Shown: positions 35,042 through 45,395, counted from the first letter of the stretch. The stretch is 64,000 bases of DNA from Eubacteriales bacterium (GCA_028705495.1 JAQWDK010000008.1:1034-65033); one strand, 5' to 3'. A program made the numbers and translations. Notes: generated from the letters alone by a model not told the origin.

Positions 35042-35704
35042 CTATATTTTTTGCTTTTTATTTGCTTGCATTACACCCTTAATAATGAGTGTGCCAAGCA
35101 CTGTGCAAGCAATCGCTTCGATTATACCGTTAAAGGAAAGCGTATAGATTACGAATGATCTAAGTACAGTCCCTTGAGGTGCATCTGAGCCGCCGAGAAG
35201 GTTTACAAATCCTGTTTCAAAGGTAGAATTACTCCCAAAAAACAGAAGAAGAAGCCCGAGAAATAGCAGAGTATTCGTCAATGCTGCTGTAAGGCTTGCA
35301 AGAGCATATCTTGTAAGTTCGCTGCCCGATGATTCCTTTTTGAACATTTTATCGGAATATTTATAAACATATCCCGAGAAAAGCCCTACGAGGACACGAG
35401 GTACCATACATATTATAAATGTATAGATTGGGTTATGTTGAAGCATCAGTACACCCAATCCGTTCAAACCAAATGATCGTGCGAAGCTCGTGAGTCCAAA
35501 AACTGCACCGAGGATCGCGCCGCCTGCTGGTCCAAGTGCGACCGCACCTATCGCCACAGGAATGGCAAGGAAAGTTATTTCCAAAATGCCAACTTTGAGA
35601 TAATCGAGTGATGTAAGCGTCATTACGATGATTATCGCCGCAAGAAGTCCGAGTTGTGTAAGCCGAAGTGTTTTACTCCGCTTATCGTTCATTGTGTTGT
35701 TCAT
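35042..35704 (-). CDS. ECF transporter S component (possibly pantothenate, PanT-like)
   Basis: 220 aa with 6 TM segments. Lies immediately downstream of coaX on the same strand. Confidence 0.55.
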   Translation of the reverse strand: MNNTMNDKRSKTLRLTQLGLLAAIIIVMTLTSLDYLKVGILEITFLAIPVAIGAVALGPAGGAILGAVFGLTSFARSFGLNGLGVLMLQHNPIYTFIICMVPRVLVGLFSGYVYKYSDKMFKKESSGSELTRYALASLTAALTNTLLFLGLLLLFFGSNSTFETGFVNLLGGSDAPQGTVLRSFVIYTLSFNGIIEAIACTVLGTLIIKGVMQANKKQKI

Positions 35705-35796
35705 GTTTTCTCCTTACTGTCGCCCCGCCCTTAAGTGTCGGGTGCAACGTAAAATTTATTATAAAGAAAAAGTTTTTGCTTTTTCTTATAACCATA

Positions 35797-36573
35797 TTAT
35801 TCTTTTCTTTCCCTTTTGTTAAGCAGGTAAATTCTGTTTATTCCATCAAGGGTCAAATACTTGTCAATAGGTATCTCATTTTCACAATACGGAATAACCT
35901 TCTCAGCAAGTTCTCCGCATGCAATAACAGAGAGCGTTTTAAAGCCAAGTTCTTTCTTGAGCTTTTCGATAAGACCATCAATCATTGCAGCTGTACCGTA
36001 AATACTGCCGCTTTTCATTGACTCAGCGGTGTTTTTACCGAGGAAAGAAACAGGGTTTCCGAGGGAAATATGGGGTAGTTCAGCAGCATTTTCCGATAAC
36101 GCATCCGTCGCAAGTGCAACTCCGGGAACAATCATAACTCCGGGCATTTCGCCTTTTTCGTTGACAACTGCAACTGTTGTGGCTGTTCCAAGGTCAAATA
36201 CTGCAAATGGCTTATCGAGTTTGCAGGCTGTAGCTGCAATATTCGAAACAATATCGGAACCAAGCTGTGTGTGATTGTCAATTCTGATGTTTACGCCGGT
36301 TTTCAAACCATGTCCGACAATAATCGGTCGTTTACCGACAACCTGTTCAACAGCCTGCCTAATCTGTTCTGTGATTGGTGGAACAACAGAAGATATTATC
36401 GCACCTTTGAGAGCGCCAACCTCAAAGCGTTCGGTTACGCTTTTAAGAAGCATTGTATATTCATCGACGCTTCTATAAGGTCTTGTGAGAAATCCGAAAG
36501 AGTAAAGACGCTCAGTATCCTTGTAAAAACCAAAAGTGGTGCTTGTGTTTTCTACATCGACGGCAAGGATCAT
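35797..36573 (-). CDS. coaX: type III pantothenate kinase
   Basis: MILAVDVENTSTTFGFY..., GSDIVSNIAA, DLGTATT and GTAAMIDGLIEKL are ASKHA/CoaX motifs. The alternative TTG start at 36597 overlaps the upstream stop. Confidence 0.8.
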   Translation of the reverse strand: MILAVDVENTSTTFGFYKDTERLYSFGFLTRPYRSVDEYTMLLKSVTERFEVGALKGAIISSVVPPITEQIRQAVEQVVGKRPIIVGHGLKTGVNIRIDNHTQLGSDIVSNIAATACKLDKPFAVFDLGTATTVAVVNEKGEMPGVMIVPGVALATDALSENAAELPHISLGNPVSFLGKNTAESMKSGSIYGTAAMIDGLIEKLKKELGFKTLSVIACGELAEKVIPYCENEIPIDKYLTLDGINRIYLLNKRERKE

Positions 36574-36593
36574 TGTTATGCCATACCTTTCTT

Positions 36594-37745
36594 TCAATCT
36601 TGCGGCTTATCGTTTTGTTGCTTTTTTCTATCTTGACAGAGTTTTTTTACAAATTCAGCAAGGTCTTTTGCCGCGTTAGGTTTTCGGATGAGGTCAATGC
36701 TGTTTTTGAGATTCAATGCTCTCTTCTCATAGTAGAAATACTGGAATACAACCTCATCAAGTCGCATTGTTTCAGAAACAGTCATCGCAACACCATTGTT
36801 GAGGAAAAATTCAACATTGCGCTCTTCATGTCCAGGTATCGGGTCACAAAGTATCATCGGGAGCTGTTTAACAAGCGCTTCAGAGGTAGTCAAACCACCG
36901 GGTTTTGTTAAGATTATATCTGCTGCATCCATTAAGTTGTGAATATTGTCGACAAAACCGACAATCATTGCTTTTTTGCGAAGCTTTAAAGCAGTTAATT
37001 TTTCATAAGAGTTCTTATTGCTACCGCAAACAATGATAAACTGCATATCGAGATTCATCTTATCAAGCAACTGAACCGATTCTTCCATCTTGCCGAATCC
37101 CATTGAGCCGCCCATCATCAAAATTGTGAATTTGTCCGGTGCAAGACCTAAGCGTTTGCGAACAGGTTGTTTCGCTTCCTTTTGATTAAATACCGATCTA
37201 ACAGGTATACCAAAAGGCAGTATCTGCTCTTTTTTAAAGCCCTTACGGTAAGCCTGCATATTAAGAAGCGGGCTTGCTGTAACTAAATATTCGTTTCTTG
37301 TGCTTTCTTCGAGAAAAGGGTGAATCAAATAATCTGTTTCAACAGCGATACAAGGAATATCAAGCATTCCTCTTTGTTTAAGTGTGTCGAGCATCATAGG
37401 GGGATAAATATGTGTGCTAATAATAACATCGGGAGCATATGCGTCTATAAATTTAAGAAGCTTATGACCCATCATGTAGTTTAGAGTTCTGGTGAGAGAA
37501 AGTACATCCTTACTTTTTTTACGGTTCTCGGCAGCGGAGTAAACACTCGCGTAAGGCTGTCCGAGTTCTTTTTTTATTCCGAGAAGGTAAACCTGCTCAT
37601 TTGTAGTAGCGAGAGCTTTGCTTATATAGTCAAGGGTGTCTAAAATCGTGTATTCAATTCCGAGCGTGCTCAGCTGATCGCCAATCGCTTGTGCTGTTTT
37701 ATTATGCCCCTGTCCGACTGTAACAGATAAAATTAATACCCTCAT
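36594..37745 (-). CDS. glycosyltransferase family 28 (MGDG synthase / processive diacylglycerol glycosyltransferase-like)
   Basis: MRVLILSVTVGQGHNKTAQAI..., and TKPGGLTTSEAL at the C-terminus. AAGGAG RBS before this ATG. Confidence 0.8.
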   Translation of the reverse strand: MRVLILSVTVGQGHNKTAQAIGDQLSTLGIEYTILDTLDYISKALATTNEQVYLLGIKKELGQPYASVYSAAENRKKSKDVLSLTRTLNYMMGHKLLKFIDAYAPDVIISTHIYPPMMLDTLKQRGMLDIPCIAVETDYLIHPFLEESTRNEYLVTASPLLNMQAYRKGFKKEQILPFGIPVRSVFNQKEAKQPVRKRLGLAPDKFTILMMGGSMGFGKMEESVQLLDKMNLDMQFIIVCGSNKNSYEKLTALKLRKKAMIVGFVDNIHNLMDAADIILTKPGGLTTSEALVKQLPMILCDPIPGHEERNVEFFLNNGVAMTVSETMRLDEVVFQYFYYEKRALNLKNSIDLIRKPNAAKDLAEFVKKLCQDRKKQQNDKPQD

Positions 37746-37853
37746 GCAAAATCTCCTTATTCCCACGCATAACGAACGGTTCAGTCCTGCACACTTCGAA
37801 AAAATAGTGCCGACACTACTGGTGTCAGCACTATTATATAATAAATAAGGATT

Positions 37854-38132
37854 TTAATCAATAGATATTTTGTCAGCTTCTTCAACATGAGCATTATACG
37901 CGTTTTTTACCTCGCGTTCTAATACACTACGGAAGTCGGCGTTAACCGGATGCACAATGTCGATAAATCCCGTTACGGTTTTCCTGTTTGGCATTGCGAC
38001 GATGACTCGGTCGCCACTTTTTATTAGCTTCACATCGTGAACGACAAGCTGTGAATCAAAGGTAACTGACATAATCGCTCTCAGCTCACCTTCTGAAAAA
38101 ACTCTTCTTATCTTTACATCCGTTATTTCCAT
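37854..38132 (-). CDS. spoVG: septation protein SpoVG
   Basis: MEITDVKIRRV...LRAIMSVTFDSQLVVHDVKLIKSGDRVIVAMPNRK. Confidence 0.9.
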   Translation of the reverse strand: MEITDVKIRRVFSEGELRAIMSVTFDSQLVVHDVKLIKSGDRVIVAMPNRKTVTGFIDIVHPVNADFRSVLEREVKNAYNAHVEEADKISID

Positions 38133-38214
38133 TTGCCTAGCTCCTTGAAGTCTGTTATAGCACTATCTTTAACATAAAACAAACTCTTTATTCTTAAGGC
38201 TGAAAATTTATAAC

Positions 38215-38712
38215 TTATTTTTCTACTACTATCTTGGTTGAAACATCCACCTTTGTCGAAATTTTATCGTTGATATTGGCGTAAAATTCGTATACCATTT
38301 TCACATCGTGGTTTCCTGCAGTTAATTTCTCGCTAAGCGGTAAATCTGAAACAGCTTTGCCTGAGGGTATAAGTCCTGAGCGGTAAAGTTGTTTGTCACC
38401 ACGCAAAATTGTCACACGCATCAGGTAGTTTGTGTTGTAATTACAAAGCAGTGGAGAAGCTTCTATTAGTCCATTTTTTAAATATAAATACTCACCACTG
38501 CCATTTATGGTAACATGATCAACTTTTATCTGTGATTCCTCGATTTGCGAAAAATCTCCAATATCCTTGAGATTAGATTCGATAGTAACCAAATCGCTTA
38601 CTGTGTTGCCGTCCTGTGTGTTTTTCATCATGAGAGTTGCGAGTATCGATACTGTTGAAATTAGAACAATCCCGGCAAAGATCATTAAACTGTAAAACAG
38701 TCTTTTGCTCAT
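38215..38712 (-). CDS. hypothetical membrane-anchored protein
   Basis: 165 aa with an N-terminal TM anchor and a beta-rich ectodomain. Confidence 0.45.
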   Translation of the reverse strand: MSKRLFYSLMIFAGIVLISTVSILATLMMKNTQDGNTVSDLVTIESNLKDIGDFSQIEESQIKVDHVTINGSGEYLYLKNGLIEASPLLCNYNTNYLMRVTILRGDKQLYRSGLIPSGKAVSDLPLSEKLTAGNHDVKMVYEFYANINDKISTKVDVSTKIVVEK

Positions 38713-38732
38713 CTCAGATTTCTCCTTTAATT

Positions 38733-39572
38733 TTAGCTTTTACTGCTAAAAACAAATTCAAGCCACTTGACCGACCATCCTCCCCAACGTGCGATATAAG
38801 GGATATCATACGAAGGATTCGGAGAGGTCTCAGTTGTTGCTCTTGAAATACCGTGTTCACCCATCGGGAAAATATGAAGTTCATAAGGTATGTTTTGATT
38901 TGAAAGCGCATTTGCATAAACAAGCGAATTTTCAACTTTTACGCAGCTATCAGGCATTGTGTGCCAAATAAAGGTGGGTGGTGTATTTTCTGTAACATTC
39001 AGCTCACATGAATAAAATTCAAGCTCTTCTTTTGACGGAGTTTCTTTTCCGACAATGTTACAAAAAGTGCGCTGGTGGGGCGATGTAATGCCGGAAATGA
39101 CGGGATAAGCAAGTATTGCAGCATTAACCTTTGCTGAGCCAAAGGGTATATCAAGGGTCTTGTACAGCTCCTCGCGATGCCATACAGTCGAAATCGTCGC
39201 TGCGAGGTGTCCGCCTGCAGATGCGCCCCAAACAGCTATTTTTTCGGGGTCAATATGCCATTCTGCTGCATTTTTTCTGATTGTGTATAGCGCCTGTGCA
39301 GCATCAAGGACTGGTTTTCCTCCTGCCGCTTTCTTAGCTACAGAATATCTGAGGGCAAAGGCGTTATAACCTGCAGCGAGATATAGGTTAACAATTGGCT
39401 CAACTTCTCTGTCCGATACATATTCGTAACCACCGCCTCCAAAAACTAGCACCGCAGGTCTTGGTGGAACGGGAAGCTCTTTCGAAGTCGCTCTTATGTA
39501 TGTCTCGAGCACCACATTTTCACAGCCGTCATAGATATTCTTGTCATAGATTTTCAACTTTTCGCAAATCAT
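38733..39572 (-). CDS. alpha/beta hydrolase (esterase/lipase-like)
   Basis: VFGGGGYEY (oxyanion region), the GASAGGHLA nucleophile elbow and a C-terminal H. Confidence 0.75.
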   Translation of the reverse strand: MICEKLKIYDKNIYDGCENVVLETYIRATSKELPVPPRPAVLVFGGGGYEYVSDREVEPIVNLYLAAGYNAFALRYSVAKKAAGGKPVLDAAQALYTIRKNAAEWHIDPEKIAVWGASAGGHLAATISTVWHREELYKTLDIPFGSAKVNAAILAYPVISGITSPHQRTFCNIVGKETPSKEELEFYSCELNVTENTPPTFIWHTMPDSCVKVENSLVYANALSNQNIPYELHIFPMGEHGISRATTETSPNPSYDIPYIARWGGWSVKWLEFVFSSKS

Positions 39573-39587
39573 ATTTAGTTCTCCTAA

Positions 39588-41186
39588 TTATTTATTTTTG
39601 TGCTTTATTAGTCCGTAAATTCTATTTATAAAACCAAAAACAATTATTGCAAAGGCGAGGTATAGCGCTGTGTCGCCAAACCTCGTGTATAGCGTAAGAC
39701 TATTGGAGGTTTTCACTTCAGATTCGATTATACCCATCTCAAGCGCATTGAGGGATTTTATTATCCTACCCTTTGAATCGATAAACATCGAAATTCCGGT
39801 GTTTGCCGACCTTACCATATACCGCCCGTTTTCGATTGCGCGGAGTCTTGCAAAATCCGCGTGCTGCCGTACACCCGCCGTATCTTTATACCATGAATCG
39901 TTTGTAGCAAGCACAAGAAGCTCCGCCCCGTCTTTTACGCTTTCTCTCGCATTCTCTTGAAATATCGAGTCAAAACATATCAGTCCGCCTAAATTTCCAA
40001 ATTCGGTATCGATTAGATTGCTTCCTTTTCCAAAACTTATCCAAGAAGCTGAAAGATTTAACTCCTTAATAAACGGAAAAGTGTTTTCAAAGAAATCTTT
40101 GTAAGGCATAAATTCACCGAATGGCGCAAGTGAACGTTTGTTATAAACATTGCTTTCACTACCATCAGGATATATTGCTACAAGCGAATTATATGTGTCA
40201 CCGCTATCCTTCGTCAGTGCACCGAGGACGATGATTACATCCTCTTGCGTAGACACTGTCTGCAATTTCTCTTTTATAGCAGAGTCGACGGAGTAATTCA
40301 ACGGGATCGCTGACTCAGGCATTACAATAATGTCAGAATCGTATTTTTCAACCGCTTCTTCAAGAAGTGCTAAATATGCTTCTTCAGATGCTTTACCTTC
40401 GTTCTCCCATTTTTCGCTTGATGATATATTTGCCTGTAATATTGCAGAATTTAATTCTCCGTTTGTTGGAGTAGGAATAAAGAAAAGCACTGTTCCAAAA
40501 ATAAAATTAGCGCTGAATATAATCGCTGCGGTAGAAACAAACATCTTAGACTTTTCGCGTTCTATTGCTGCAAGACCGAGGTATGCACCTGATGAAATTG
40601 TAACAAGTGTTATAAAATAACTGCCGAATACCGATGCAGTTTGTACTTGAGGGAGTAGCCAAAGCTGTGAAATCGCTGTAACGCCCCAAGAAAAACCTAA
40701 CTCACCAAGAGACATAACCCATTCCGCAAGCACCCAGAATGCCGCGAGCAAAGCGGGAACAAGTGCCACCGCAGGTCGGAGGAATGCATACAGTCTTATG
40801 GCGATAGCGTAAACAAATGAATGAATTATACTTATCCCGACACAAGCGGCGATTATAATAAAAACGCTCTGAGCGAATGTAAAATCAAATCCATTGAATG
40901 GATAAAGTGCAATAAACCAGTGATATAACGGAATAAAAAACCCGAGCCCAAATAAAAATCCGCGAAGGAATGGTTTTTTAATTGGCAGCCTTCTGGAAAA
41001 AAGAGACTCTGAGGACTGAGGGATCTCACCATATAGAGCGATAACAAAAAGTGCAACCCCGAAAAAGCTTAACAAGAACAGTGGTGGAAAAGCAAATGGC
41101 AACGAAAACATAATACCCGATATAATAGCAGTCAGGCATCTATGTTTTTGCAGCCATTTAATAATTTTTTCAATTTTTTTCATCAT
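39588..41186 (-). CDS. lnt: apolipoprotein N-acyltransferase-like protein (membrane domain + CN-hydrolase domain)
   Basis: 532 aa. About 7 TM segments, then VMPESA (Glu), YNKRSLAPFGE (Lys) and GGLICFDSIF (Cys), then a C-terminal TM segment. Confidence 0.75.
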   Translation of the reverse strand: MMKKIEKIIKWLQKHRCLTAIISGIMFSLPFAFPPLFLLSFFGVALFVIALYGEIPQSSESLFSRRLPIKKPFLRGFLFGLGFFIPLYHWFIALYPFNGFDFTFAQSVFIIIAACVGISIIHSFVYAIAIRLYAFLRPAVALVPALLAAFWVLAEWVMSLGELGFSWGVTAISQLWLLPQVQTASVFGSYFITLVTISSGAYLGLAAIEREKSKMFVSTAAIIFSANFIFGTVLFFIPTPTNGELNSAILQANISSSEKWENEGKASEEAYLALLEEAVEKYDSDIIVMPESAIPLNYSVDSAIKEKLQTVSTQEDVIIVLGALTKDSGDTYNSLVAIYPDGSESNVYNKRSLAPFGEFMPYKDFFENTFPFIKELNLSASWISFGKGSNLIDTEFGNLGGLICFDSIFQENARESVKDGAELLVLATNDSWYKDTAGVRQHADFARLRAIENGRYMVRSANTGISMFIDSKGRIIKSLNALEMGIIESEVKTSNSLTLYTRFGDTALYLAFAIIVFGFINRIYGLIKHKNK

Positions 41187-42048
41187 TTTTATTAGAGATG
41201 GAATTTACCATTTCTCTTACTGAATTCGTAGCGTATTCAAAAGCAGCAAAGGGTGTTTCGAAGGAATATTTATGTTTAATATCGTCAAGTTTTGAAAGCC
41301 CTTCCAGTCCTGTGAACATCATTAGATGCGGTTCCATCGTTATGATAATCTCACTGTCGGGAAAGTCAGCTGATATCGCAGATAGGGTTTCTTTCAAATG
41401 GGAAACACCTTTTCCAGGAGGTACGATAACACCGTCTTCATCAGCATCTTTTATGTGCAGGTAATCGATGTAGTCCTTTAACATACTATAAGCAGGAGCT
41501 GCGTCTACACCACAGAACGAGAAATTCCCGCTATCGAGCACAACCCTGAGCCTGCCGCCGAATTCAACCATCAAATCAAGCACTCTCTCGGGTGAATAGC
41601 CGTATATATCCTTCTCGTTTTCGTGGCAGAGTGTAAAAGCTCTCGCATCGGCTTTATCTAACATAACCGAAAGTCTATCGATTACGCCTGCTCTGAATTC
41701 GCTTTCGTTATTGTTTTTACCAGGATAGAAGCTGAAAATTCTAAGTCTTTTACACCCGAGCATATCTCCGATATCCATTATTCTGTCCATCAGCTTTAAA
41801 TGCTCATCGAAATCATCATCAAGGGTAATTTTTCCGAGGGGTGTTCCAAGGGCAGAAAGTCCCACGCCGCTTTTCTCGAGCTTTTCATTTACTACCTTTA
41901 CTTCTTCATCCGACATCAGCACAAAACTTTTGCCATCCACACCGCGAAGTTCTATATTAGGGATTTCAAGCTTTTTTACAGCATCAAGCTGAGCATCGAA
42001 ATCCGCTGTAATTTCATCCGAAAACGCACTAAAAACAAATTTCGCCAT
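41170..42048 (-). CDS. sugar phosphate isomerase/epimerase (xylose isomerase-like TIM barrel)
   Basis: MAKFVFSAFSDE...LELRGVDGK...RIFSF...HENEKDIYG...HIKD. The start was trimmed so as not to overlap the MORN gene. Confidence 0.7.
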   Translation of the reverse strand: MAKFVFSAFSDEITADFDAQLDAVKKLEIPNIELRGVDGKSFVLMSDEEVKVVNEKLEKSGVGLSALGTPLGKITLDDDFDEHLKLMDRIMDIGDMLGCKRLRIFSFYPGKNNNESEFRAGVIDRLSVMLDKADARAFTLCHENEKDIYGYSPERVLDLMVEFGGRLRVVLDSGNFSFCGVDAAPAYSMLKDYIDYLHIKDADEDGVIVPPGKGVSHLKETLSAISADFPDSEIIITMEPHLMMFTGLEGLSKLDDIKHKYSFETPFAAFEYATNSVREMVNSISNKNDEKN

Positions 42049-42064
42049 TATATTCACACCATTC

Positions 42065-42886
42065 TCAATCTTCGTCTTTAACAACAATTTTTCCCTTTTC
42101 AAAATAACCTGTATATGTTCTCGTTGCATTACCTTGGTCGTCAACCCAGGTATATGTTCCATATCCGTTTATGTAATTGTCGAGAAACTCACCGTCATAA
42201 CTCTCTTTATTAGCCCAGACATAAAGCCCGCGACCTGTTCTTGCATCACCTTTAAAACTGCCTGTATAGACATCACCGTTCGCAAAGGTGTACTTTCCTG
42301 TGCCTTCTTTGAGGTCATTTATGTAAGTGCCAACATATTGCGAGCCGTCTACCCATGTATAGACACCATTGCCCTCTTTAACATTGTTGATGAAGTTTCC
42401 TTTATAGGACGAGCCGTCAGCCCAATAAAACTCTCCATAACCTTCTTTTTTACTGTCTACAAGAGCACCTTCATATCTGTCACCATTGGAATACTTATAT
42501 TCGCCCTGCCCCGTCAGTTCATCGTCTCTGAAATCTCCGGTATACTCATCCCCAGTTACTGCATAAGTCATTTTACCTTCGCCATGACGCGACATGCCGT
42601 CGATATCACCGATATAGACATCACCATTCGAATAGGTAATCATCTTGTTTAGATAATCAAGCTCGCCTATGCGCCCATCGTTGTAATAAACTGTGCCAGA
42701 TATAGGTTTACCGCCGCTTGTTTTGCCGAGAAACTTAGCGTCGTCTGTGGCAATATATCTGTACCCCAAAGCAAGTATAACGAGAACTGTCAATACCACA
42801 CAAATTGCAGCGAAAATAAATATCGCAGCTAACGGATTCAGACGAACATTATTTTTCTTCATACCGGAAGCAACCAAACCTTTCAA
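42065..42886 (-). CDS. MORN-repeat protein with N-terminal membrane anchor
   Basis: Repeated YxGxxxxGxxxGxG units (YTGDFRDDELTGQGEY, YEGALVDSKKEGYGEF, YKGNFINNVKEGNGVY and others). Confidence 0.8.
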   Translation of the reverse strand: MKGLVASGMKKNNVRLNPLAAIFIFAAICVVLTVLVILALGYRYIATDDAKFLGKTSGGKPISGTVYYNDGRIGELDYLNKMITYSNGDVYIGDIDGMSRHGEGKMTYAVTGDEYTGDFRDDELTGQGEYKYSNGDRYEGALVDSKKEGYGEFYWADGSSYKGNFINNVKEGNGVYTWVDGSQYVGTYINDLKEGTGKYTFANGDVYTGSFKGDARTGRGLYVWANKESYDGEFLDNYINGYGTYTWVDDQGNATRTYTGYFEKGKIVVKDED

Positions 42887-42908
42887 GAAGATATTAGAAT
42901 CTATTTCT

Positions 42909-43415
42909 TCAGATATTAAGTGAGAGATTATTTAAAAATTCAACAATTGATGGTACAAGAATCCAAAGTGAGATAAATATAACAAGAAGCACAACGATCG
43001 TAAGGACCATATCCTTTGTGCCGATTGTTTTTGTATAATAACGCTTTTTCATCTCTTCTTCGTACATAGAACCAATATAATAACCGTTTTCGTTTTTGCT
43101 GATTCTTCGGTTAAGAGTTGAATTATTTCTAAGAGCTGATTTAATTATTTGGTTATATTGAAAGCCAAGCTCATCTAGAGGTTTAGCGTTCTCTTCACCA
43201 ACTGCACCGGCATCAATCATTGTTCTTACAAATCTGCCGAGGACAGTTTTATGATAAACAGTATAAATGACAGCAGCCATTATACCGATTACGAAAATAA
43301 TCAGCGTTTGATAAAAAACATCCGTTGTGAAAACCGTAGCAAGCGGTATTGTTATCATCTTAGTATCAGCGTCCTTTCGGGATTTTTCCGATAGATAACG
43401 GTGGAATAACGACAA
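42909..43415 (-). CDS. hypothetical membrane protein
   Basis: 168 aa with two TM segments flanking a soluble loop. Lies directly downstream of parB. Confidence 0.45.
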   Translation of the reverse strand: MSLFHRYLSEKSRKDADTKMITIPLATVFTTDVFYQTLIIFVIGIMAAVIYTVYHKTVLGRFVRTMIDAGAVGEENAKPLDELGFQYNQIIKSALRNNSTLNRRISKNENGYYIGSMYEEEMKKRYYTKTIGTKDMVLTIVVLLVIFISLWILVPSIVEFLNNLSLNI

Positions 43416-43421
43416 TCATTG

Positions 43422-44303
43422 CTAAGCTTCGTCATAAAACATCTCTTTACCGCATAAAGATGATAGCAGAAGTTCGAGATCATCGCTGTCCTTGTAGGGA
43501 ATCGAGAGAGTGTTTCCAGAGAGTTTAATGCGCCTGCCGAATCGTTCGGAGGCTTTGCGTTCCAGTTCATTAAAATAGCTGCGTTTTACTTTATCAGCTT
43601 TTTCATCGATCTTTTTAGGTGAACTTATAAGCTTTACAAGATGCTCTGTTTCTCTAACTGATAGCTGTTTTTCAGCGATGCGCTTAGCTTGTGCTATCAG
43701 CTCCGCTTCTCCGATTAAAGCTGCAAGAGGAATAAGTGCTCTTGCGTGACCGTAACTGAGCCGTCCGTTCTCCACGAGCTCAAGCACACCGGAAGGAAGC
43801 TTTAAAAGTCTTAAGATGTTTGTCACATTTGCTCTTGACTTGCCGACCTTTGCCGCAGCTTCTTCTTGGGTTATACCATAATTGTCGATAAGCGCTCTAT
43901 ATCCTTTTGCTTCTTCAACAGGATTCAAATCCTCACGCTGAAGGTTTTCTACCATCGACAAAAATGCTGCATCTCTATCCGAAAGTTCCTTGACAACCAC
44001 CGGAACTTCTGTAAGTCCAGCCATTTTAGCAGCGCGCCATCTGCGCTCACCGGCTATAATTTCGTAGTATCCGTTATCTTTCTTTCGTACCACAATGGGC
44101 TGAATCAACCCATGTTCTCCGATGGATAAGGCAAGTTCTTCAAGCGCAGTAGTATCAAAACTCCTGCGCGGTTGATTTCTGTTAGGTTCGATTTCGTATA
44201 TGTTGAGCTTCCCAACTTCACCCGACTCCAAAATCGAATCAGTTGCGTTGTCGGCAAGCAGGGCTTCAAGTCCTCTTCCGAGACCTTTCTTTTGAACTGC
44301 CAT
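43422..44303 (-). CDS. spo0J: ParB/Spo0J chromosome partitioning protein
   Basis: GLGRGLEALL, IQPIVVRK, AGERRWRAA. Confidence 0.9.
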   Translation of the reverse strand: MAVQKKGLGRGLEALLADNATDSILESGEVGKLNIYEIEPNRNQPRRSFDTTALEELALSIGEHGLIQPIVVRKKDNGYYEIIAGERRWRAAKMAGLTEVPVVVKELSDRDAAFLSMVENLQREDLNPVEEAKGYRALIDNYGITQEEAAAKVGKSRANVTNILRLLKLPSGVLELVENGRLSYGHARALIPLAALIGEAELIAQAKRIAEKQLSVRETEHLVKLISSPKKIDEKADKVKRSYFNELERKASERFGRRIKLSGNTLSIPYKDSDDLELLLSSLCGKEMFYDEA

Positions 44304-44327
44304 CTCTATCTCCGTCCATGTATTCTG

Positions 44328-45170
44328 TTATTCTTTATCTTTTATTATGCATCTCTTTACAAGTTCTGCTGAAATTGCCTCATAAGCTACTGCACCTTTT
44401 GAAGTCTTGTCATAATCCATAATGGGCATACCGAAACTTGGTGCTTCGCTAAGCTTCACATTCCTTGGAACAGGTGTTGCAAAAAGCTTGTCTGCAAAAT
44501 ATTTTTTAATTTCTCTCATTACCTGACCGGTTAGATTAAGTCTACCGTCATACATGTTAACAATAACACCGATTATCTCAAGTGAGGAATTATAAAGCTT
44601 TTTTATCGAGCGTATCGTCATTGTCAGTTGTGAGAGTCCCTCAAGTGAGTAGTATTCGCACAGAAGTGGTACGACAATACCATCCACAGCGCTAAGTGCG
44701 TTCATTGTCATCAAACCAAGGGAGGGTGGGCAGTCGATAAATATAAAATCGTAGTCCTTTTCTGCTTCAATGAGCGCATCTCTCAGTCTATATTCTCTTT
44801 TTTCTGCTCCTACAAGCTCAATTTCTGCGCCTACAAGATCAATAGTCGCTGGGACAACAGATAAATTAATGTATTCGGTCTTAATTGCTATTTCTGCAAC
44901 CGTCTTTGCGCCAATGAGTAAATCGTATGTAGAGCCTACAACGCTTTTTTTGCTGATTCCAAGTCCACCCGTTGCATTACCCTGGGGGTCTGCATCGACA
45001 AGAAGGCATTTATATCCGAGTTTTGCTACCCCAGCAGAAATGTTTACCGCAGAGGTCGTCTTCCCGACTCCACCCTTTTGATTTGCAAAGGCGATTTTTT
45101 TATATTTTAATTTAACAGGCACTTGCGACCGATTAATGACGCCGTCATCTTGTGTTTTTATTCCGAACAT
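44328..45170 (-). CDS. soj: ParA/Soj chromosome partitioning ATPase
   Basis: Deviant Walker A KGGVGKTT, and DCPPSLG. The start codon is uncertain (ATG at 45170 or TTG at 45188). Confidence 0.9.
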   Translation of the reverse strand: MFGIKTQDDGVINRSQVPVKLKYKKIAFANQKGGVGKTTSAVNISAGVAKLGYKCLLVDADPQGNATGGLGISKKSVVGSTYDLLIGAKTVAEIAIKTEYINLSVVPATIDLVGAEIELVGAEKREYRLRDALIEAEKDYDFIFIDCPPSLGLMTMNALSAVDGIVVPLLCEYYSLEGLSQLTMTIRSIKKLYNSSLEIIGVIVNMYDGRLNLTGQVMREIKKYFADKLFATPVPRNVKLSEAPSFGMPIMDYDKTSKGAVAYEAISAELVKRCIIKDKE

Positions 45171-45395
45171 TTCACAACTGCCGCGCAAATATCACGCCCG
45201 CGCCCTTTCTCTTGTTTTTGAACCTCCGGTAGTTTTAATCACACCGGATTTTATGCAATTTTACTGCAATGATTATAACATACGCAAATAATCAAGTCAA
45301 GGATAAATGAAAAACCCTCCATAAGTCCACTCACTTTTATTAAATGTTTTCAATATTTGCAAATTTAATATCCAATTTTACCTTCTTCGGGTTCT

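Noticed and set aside
35705-35796. Riboswitch upstream of the PanT-like S-component gene
   Set aside because: The spacer is short (about 90 nt) and GC-patchy (CACCCGACACTTAAGGGCGGGGCGAC), but it matches no riboswitch class I can recognise.
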